A stretch of 64,000 nucleotides of DNA from contig OZ024752.1 in assembly GCA_964016885.1 (NCBI GenBank), positions 15,128,001 to 15,192,000 of the forward strand, in the 5' to 3' direction. A program made the translations under genes and the position numbers. Positions within the stretch are counted from its first letter, which is position 1. Each line of letters starts with the position of its first letter. Positions 56,576 through 64,000 of this stretch are shown piece after piece. The notes under the pieces were generated by a model that saw only the letters and a list, made by a program, of their open reading frames with translations, did no database searches and was not told where the DNA came from. The DNA comes from Eledone cirrhosa (Eukaryota).

Positions 56576-56843
56576 TCAGTAGTAATAAGCCTAGTCGTTG
56601 TCGACGTAGTAGTAGCAGCAGCAGTATTATTATTATTGGTCTAAGCGGACGTATTTTGCTCGCTCCCAGTAAGTCGCTTTATTTGCTTGTTTAAATTATT
56701 TGTTGTTAAATATTTCTCGTTGTGTAAGGGATATAAACCCTCAGACTTTGCCCCGTGAAGGGGATAGTATAATATCTGGGCCTTTTGGCCCAAATGTTTG
56801 AATTTTTTTTTACATGTTAAAAAAATATAAGAAGAAAAAAAAC

Positions 56844-58769
56844 ATGGCTGATCCACGCCCCCCAGCGATACGTCTGCTGTCGTGCTACAACGACGTGGAA
56901 GTTCAGAGGAGCGCTACAGCGAAATTGACACACATTGATAACACAAACACCACCACAAACAAGGTAAACAAAGACACCAATGATACCAATGAGAACTCTA
57001 ATTTTGAAAAAAATGACAGTAACAGCGACAACGAAAATACAGATAACAAAAAAAAAGAATGACAAATGCAACAATATCAACAACACTAACATGAAAACAA
57101 ATAACGACAACACCAACACAAACAATACCAACAACGGTGGCAACAAAGACAGCAATGATAACAGCGACAGTGATAACATCACCAACAAGTACAACGACAA
57201 CAACACCCCCAACGAAAACAAGAATACTTTCGCTGCGGCAGCAGCAAAAATGTGGCCATGCTTCAACATGGACGTCTCAAACAAAGATGAAAAGTTTGCC
57301 CAGGCATGGAAGCTCATCAAGCAAGAGCAAACCTGGGCCAACTTAACTGTCCGGTAGAAGCTATTGAGGCAGTGGAGCGCAGAATGGTGCATTATAGATG
57401 CATCTCAACAGAAACCAAAAGGGCAGCTTTAATCCCACAAGCAGATGTCGAAAACACCGAATACATAGAGAGGGGCAGACAGTACGGCACCATTTCGGTG
57501 TTGTTCAAGTCAGAACTCCTCGCTATGAAACACGCTATGACTCCTTGCAAAACCAGCAAGGTCATAATGTACCCCTCCAACATGGGAAAAAGAACGGCCC
57601 GTCTCCGCATTCCCAGAATCCCACCAGGACTTGATATGTGGTGGCTTCTGGGATGTGTGATTGTGGAGGGGACGGATACCGTCCCTATAGAAGTGACCAG
57701 AACGGCCAGAGAGGACTGGTTCGGGGTTGACCTGGATATCCTTCTCCAGATCAGGCCCGAGAATTTGAAGACAATCCCGGACCACATCCGCCTTCAGAAT
57801 GGGACGGTCATTCACATTATGACCAAAGGCAAAAGGCCGCAGTGTTTTGTTTGTGGGGAAAAACCCATTTGCGAGCCTTCTGCCCTCAACTGCTGAAAGA
57901 GGCAAGGGGTCGAAAGGCCCCACTGCTGCCGACGCCGGGCCGAGGACCACAACCAACACCAGCACCGGCAAAGACACTAACAACAACACCAATAGAAAGA
58001 CCACCACCAATATTGACCACCCATGGGGGAAACGAGGAAAGCTGTCAAATTCCCCCTCCCCCAAAAAATACACACACCAATAAAACCATAAACATAGATA
58101 CAGACACACTTACAGACACAGACCCCTCATCTACAAGTAGTGAAGATGAGGGAAAACCCAGATCCCCCAAAATACAAAAAAGGAAACAAAAAGAAAAAAA
58201 AAACTCAACAAAGCACAAAATCACCCCCAATAAAAAACGCAGACACCACCCACGCAAACATCTCTCCAATAACACCAACATCAACACCACCATCACCAGC
58301 ATCCCCCAAACGCAAACAGCCTAAACAGACGCAAGAACAAATATACACACAAACATCTGAAACCACAGACACCTCACTCGCAACAAACATATACACAACC
58401 GAAACAACACCACCAAAACAATCACCACCACAGCCACCCAAACAAATAAAATCACACCAACAAAACATAGAAAACTTCGAGCTCGTCAGGAGGGCCAACA
58501 AGGAACTGATGGCCTTCGTAGCACGAAGTGAAAATATACAAAAAGAGGGGGACATTTTTAAATCAAGCACATTTCGCGTCCCGGAAGATTTGGTTCTGGT
58601 GCGAATGTCGATCGATATATTCAAAGAAATACGAGACAGCTTTCCTCGGGATGTGGGAACCCCGAACGTAAAACCCACTTCAAGACTTTTAAAGGGGTTC
58701 CCAAAAGAAACCCCACCAACTATGGAGGTCGAACAACCCGACCTTCACAAGAGCCCGGAAGGTAAGTAA
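56844..58769 (+). pseudogene. LINE ORF1 (gag-like zinc knuckle), frameshifted
   Basis: N/T-rich N-terminus, RQYGTI, CFVCGE.THLRAFC at ~57843-57883. Confidence 0.75.
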
Positions 58770-58800
58770 ACGTTCCTCTCTCTCTTGTTAACCTGCCATC

Positions 58801-61800
58801 ATGGCCGTATTAAGAGTAGGATGTTTAAATGTTCGAGGCCTGGGATCGTCCTGGAAGCAGGGTCACCTGCTCAACGACCTCAGGTCTATAGAAATGGATG
58901 TAATTGCCGTCAGCGAGACCAGAATTTCCGACACGCGCGCACTAGCCCCCATTTTCGACGACTATTAGATCTTTGCATCTGTTAGCCGGCCGGGAATGGG
59001 AGGCGGGGTGGCAGTGCTGTTTAGGAAATGCTCTGATCTCGAGGTAAGGTCGATCTTCCGGAACCCGGACGGGAAGTTGGTGGTCCTGGACGTGAACAAT
59101 AACGAAGGTGGTGCCTTTAGACTGGTGGCAGTCTATACTGGGGCAGGATCACCGGACTTCTTTAGACGCCTGGAAGCCTTTCTAGGTACGTCTAGCCCTT
59201 TACTGTTAGCGGGGACTGGAACGGCATCTTAGACGCACGCTGGGACTGTGTGGGAGTATCCGATAGGAGCGGAGGGTGCAAAAGCCTCAAGAACCTGATC
59301 AGCCAGTTCCAACTGTCTGACAGGTACCGACTAGATTTCCCAGTGTGGACCAGGGCTAAACGGATAGGGTCATCTAGATCGTATATAGACAGGATATACA
59401 TTAGGAAAATAGACAGAAATAGTGTAAGCTGTCCACGTTTTGAAACGGTCGCCTATTCAGATCACAAGTTTGTGATCTGCATGGTCAACCTAGATAAGAT
59501 GCGTAGGTTAGGACCTGGTTACTGGAAGCTAAACATGTCATTTCCGGCACGTAAGGCTTACAGGGACCAGGTCAACAATTTAGTTAAAAAAAGTTGACAG
59601 GGGGAGTCGTCAACAATAGATGGTGGGGGCTCTCAAAATAGAGATTAGAGTAATGTCGATAGAGTTTAGCAAAGAAATAGCGTTAGAGAAAAATAGAAAG
59701 GAGTGGGAGTTGGTAGATAAGTTAGACAAGGCTATTAGTAGTGGCATTGCAAATGACGTGCTAGCGGCGAGAATGGCATTAGACCATTTCTTCAATGCGA
59801 GACACGAAGGTTGCATTGTCAGAGCTAAGGTGCGTGCTCTGAGAAACGAGGGAACCAAAGCTGTTCGATGGGCCCGCGTGGCAGAGGCGCAGCGTGGTAA
59901 TAAAACCACGATTCGGTCTTTGACGGACCGAGACGGGCACAAGCTGAGCGATTCGAAGAGGATGTGTGAGGCCTTTCGCCAACATTTTGCTCGGTTGTTC
60001 GAGGGAAGTGGCGGGTTAGAGATGGTGGCGGACTTCAGTCCCTACCTCGATGGCTTGCCGCAACTCTCGACGGCTGAGCCTGGGCGCTGCGAAAGGCAAT
60101 TACTTCAGCCGAGATTCAGGATGCCCTTGTCGGCTGCATGAGGCGCAAGTCACCCGGTTTGGATGGTCTGCCCTACGAGCTTTACGTAAATATGCCAGAC
60201 TTGTTCTCCAATCTCCTCGAAGCCCTCTACTGCAACTGGCAGATTTCCCAGTTCTGTGAGCCGGGGCATAGTGACGCTGATAAAGAAAGACGTGAATAAG
60301 AGGGACACATTAGACAATTTCAGGTCCATAACTCTGCTGAACACAGAATTTAAGATTTTGGCCAGGGTGTTAGCGAAGAGGTTGGCGCTTGTCGTCGGGG
60401 ATTTGGTTGGGGAGGCGCAAACTTGCGCAATCCCAGCCAGGTCCATACACGACAACCTCTACCTAATGCGATACATCATAGAGAGGGTAGGGTGTAAACC
60501 TGGCTTCGGTGGGGCTTTGATCAATTTAGATCAATCGAAAGCATTCGATAGGGTCGACCATCGATACCTAGAGGCTGTCCTCAAGGCGGCTGGCTTTGGC
60601 CCCGTATTCAGAAGCTGGATCGCTGCAATGCACAGCGGCACCTGCTCGATGGTCAAAATTAATGGCCACCTCTCGGAACCGTTTCAGGTCTCCCAATCGA
60701 TCCGTCAAGGGTGCCCTCTCTCCTCCCTTCTGTACCTATTGACTCTCGAGTCTTTACTTCGGAAGCTGGAGCTGTTGCAGGGCATCCCGCTCGAACCGGG
60801 ACGCGGAAAGTCTGTGTCGGCTTATGCGGACGACATCACCGTGATGGTGTCGAACACCTCAGAAATCGAGGTGGTCAGCAACTTATTGGGGGAATATGAA
60901 AGGTTGACGGGAGCAAAAGTTAACCCGGACAAGTCGGTGGGCTTGCAACTCGGCACCTGGATAGGCAAGTCCATGCCGTCCAACAGCGTCGTTAGGCGCT
61001 GGACGGACGGACCGGTAAACTTGCTAGGTGTTTGGTTCGGGCCAACCTCCAGGTGGATAAGAATTGGGACGGGGTGACGGACAGGGTAGCCAGTCTCACC
61101 CAGAAATAGGCTGGGATGAAGCTATCACTGAAAGGTCGGGCGGAGGTGGCGAACGCGTACATCGCGTCCGTCATCTACTACCGTCTGACCGTCGTCCCTT
61201 GCCCCCGTTCGCGCCTCGCCATCTTGGAGCGGCTCCTCTTCAAATTGTTGTGGAGGGGTCAGGTTCCGCTGGTGAGGCGGTTCATCTGCTGCCAGTACCC
61301 TCTACGTGGAGGGCGGGGCATGCCGTGGCTAATGATGCGCAGGCTGCGGCATCTCCAGATGTTCTGCCTAAACGGTGAACAGGTGCGGTTGCCGTTTGTC
61401 AGACGGGCCTTTCTGCAGCTCTTCTTTGACTGAGCTGCAGTCGTGGGTCAAGAAGAGACCGAGACTGGGTGACTGGCATCTGGAATGTTGCCAGGCACTC
61501 ACTGCCCTCTACCAGGCGGACAATGCGGTCAGTGGAACTACCACTCTCGAGTTCTATAGAGGATTAGTGGTGGGCAAGTGCGACGACGCACTCGGAGAGG
61601 CTCTGGGAGTCAACGAAGTCGAACTAACCAGTCTGTACCGGAGGACTTTCGAGCCGGGGACGATAGATAATTTCCAAAATCCCTCGCTTGGCAGTGCTAC
61701 CGGGGGGCACTGCCGGTTCGAGATAAACTCTACAGGCACGGAAGTGCTGTCAGACGGAGCTGCCCGAGATGCGCACAGAGCGACGAAACCGTTCTACACG

Positions 61801-62177
61801 CACTCGTCCAGTGTCCGTGCATTACTGACTTGTGGAGTTATGTTGAACAGCTGTTGTCGCGTGTAGAACCGATGCGGGTATCGGCCGAGTCCATAGTGAA
61901 GATCGACCCGCCGCCTTCTTTTGGCCAGGAAGGGCAGGAAATTTTCCTCTGTCTGGTGGCAGTAGCGAAAGAGGTTGTATTTTGGACGAGGTTGAAAGGG
62001 CTGAAGACAGACACTTTTCTCTTCGGCCAATGCCTCATCAACTTTTTCAAGTTTCACTTGAAAAGGAAGGTGAGGGTGGAGAGAGAAGTGCTGCCCCCAA
62101 GTACATTTGCTGAAAGGTGGGTGAATGTGGCGAGAATGGCCCGTGTGAGGGGGCCTACTCTGGTCATGCGGCTGTAG
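58801..62177 (+). pseudogene. LINE ORF2 (APE-RT), multiple frameshifts
   Basis: Motifs GCLNVRGL, SYIDRIY, YSDH, GYWKLN, KSPGLDG, NFRSITLLN, LDQSKAFDRV, RQGCPLS, AYADD. Confidence 0.92.
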
Positions 62178-62473
62178 GTAAGTAAATTTGAAGAGGAGAG
62201 GGGTGCCCTTCCAGGGTTCTCCCGAACCGTCGGGTCGTTCAGGACTGGTGGGGTACCTGAGCGAACCCTAGGTGGTCATCCCCCCTATTGGGGAATTTTT
62301 TCTTGTTGTAATTTTATTGTTACTTTATTGTTACTTTGTTATTGTTACTGTTATTGTTATTCACATTGTTTACTCGATTTTTGTGTAAAACCCCACTGTC
62401 CCAGTCTTTTGTATTGTCCCCTATATGTCGGCCCTTGTGGCCAATAAATGAAATCATTATTATTATTATTATT

Positions 62474-64000
62474 GGTGACCTACGTAGTAAATCGTATCAT
62501 CGTGAACTCCGCAAAGCTTTGTTATTTTCAGTTGTTCAAAATTGCCATTCATGGAAAATTTTATTGTTAACTGTATATAAGTGCACATACATTGTTATCT
62601 GAAAAGGACACCCAAAAAGATTGGGGCCTTGAGCCCAAAATTTAAACTTTTATAATTATCAAACACAAATTTTTTTTTGAAACATCATGGCTGACTTAGA
62701 GTCACTCCTTTCTCACAAACTAACGCCTCACACCGACACCACCATTGTAAATATTACTACGCTTGCCAACACTAACAAAAATATAAGCAGTAGCATTATT
62801 TTAAATTTGTCTCACGCAGACATTCATTTCCAGCCATTACCAATGATTGCAGGTGTTAAAGCCGCCACCACCACCGCGACCCCCCCCCCCCTCCCCCACC
62901 ACCACCGCGACAACCCCCACCCCCACCACCACCGCGACAACAGAAACAAAAGAAAAACATAAATTAACTCGTGATATCGAAATGAATTCAACCAAAATTA
63001 ACTATTCCACACCGAACACCACTGACGCCACCACCACCACAACTGAAACTAAAATTAATAACAAAAATAACGATAACAACAACAGCAACAATGACATTAA
63101 GAAAGCCACCTGAGTTTTGCCAGAGTAGCAAAACAGTGCGAAGCATTTCAGGTAACTCAGGAGGAATTAGAAGAAGCCAAAAAAATGGTAAAGAAAGATG
63201 GGTACAGAGTCAGCCTCACCCCACCCCACCCCCCACACACACCTAATAAAATGGAGCATCGGCGCCTATGCACCGTCTCTTATCGAACAATTAATATAAG
63301 ATCGCGCCGAGTGGAACGGGCATCCGAGTCCCAAATCCCAAAAGCTTTGGGACATGTCTGGGCAAAAAAAACCCACATCAGACGTGGGCAGAAGTATGGA
63401 ACCGTGGATGTGTTCTTTGAAACACCACAGGAGGCTAGAGAACACTCCATGGCCCCATTAAGAAGTGACGACTTCACACTCGTCCCAAGCTATTGTGGCC
63501 AGAGACTCGAACAGATCAGGGTCACCCACGTTCAACCGGCCATCGACATTCCCTGGCTAATAGCTGCCGTCCTCGCCGGCATCGAAGCCAACACCAAGAT
63601 AATCGAAATAGCGAAAGAAAAGCAGGAGAACTGGTCCGGATCTGGGATGGAGCTCCTGATCCAAGCGGACAAAAAAAGCATTGAGGAGATCCCAGAGGTA
63701 ATAGACCTCACTGACGGCATCCACCTCACTGTAATTGTCGAGGGAAGAAGGCCTAGGTGTGTCGTTTGTGGTGAAGGAACCCACCTAAGGGCTTTCTGCC
63801 CTCAATCTAAAAGGTTGGGGCCACCTCTCCTACACACCCCAGTGACTCAAGCATCAACACCACCAGCAGCAGAGATGACAGAAACAACTGTAGGAGCAAC
63901 AACAGGAGCAACTGTAACAGTAACAACCCCAGCAACACTAGCAAAACCAACACCACCACCACCCAACGCGCCAGAACTAGCACCAGCGCCTACACCATCG
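62474..64000 (+). mobile_element. 5' part of a second, diverged Tx1/L1-clade LINE (ORF1 from 62687, disrupted; runs off the window)
   Basis: 5' UTR resembles 56640-56845; GQKYGTV; CVVCGEGTHLRAFC at 63758-63799. Confidence 0.82.

Larger units (their letters stand above)
56637..62453 (+). mobile_element. Tx1/L1-clade LINE, near full length, disrupted
   Basis: ORF1 with CCHC knuckle; ORF2 with APE, RT and C-terminal Cys motif; AATAAA then (ATT)n at the 3' end and (ATT)n at the 5' flank. Confidence 0.9.

Overview
AT-rich animal genomic DNA, probably a coleoid cephalopod (Octopus-like, inferred from the SINE family and the extreme (TA)n/(TG)n load). I could not support any host protein-coding gene; the window is almost entirely repeats. 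It contains a disrupted RTE LINE (7355-10514, -), a near full-length disrupted Tx1/L1-clade LINE followed head-to-tail by a second related one (56637-64000, +), about 20 tRNA-derived SINE copies, a non-autonomous Helitron, and tandem hAT MITEs. The dominant component is a dense set of Penelope-like elements (PLEs) sitting in (TA)n tracts: one apparently intact Naiad-type RT/GIY-YIG element with pLTRs (15913-20612), one decayed one, and more than 15 short non-coding insertions. Together they carry about 27 readable type I hammerhead ribozymes, including core variants and very large stem II insertions. Most striking: otherwise dissimilar families, including both RT-coding elements, share a covarying stem-bulge-stem (RCTC-helix-loop-helix-NN-GAGY) downstream of the ribozyme. 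Their inverted or truncated copies consistently end about 3-10 nt upstream of that hairpin, which suggests a shared cis-signal that positions reverse transcription or integration. All structures were folded by eye, and repeat boundaries are approximate.
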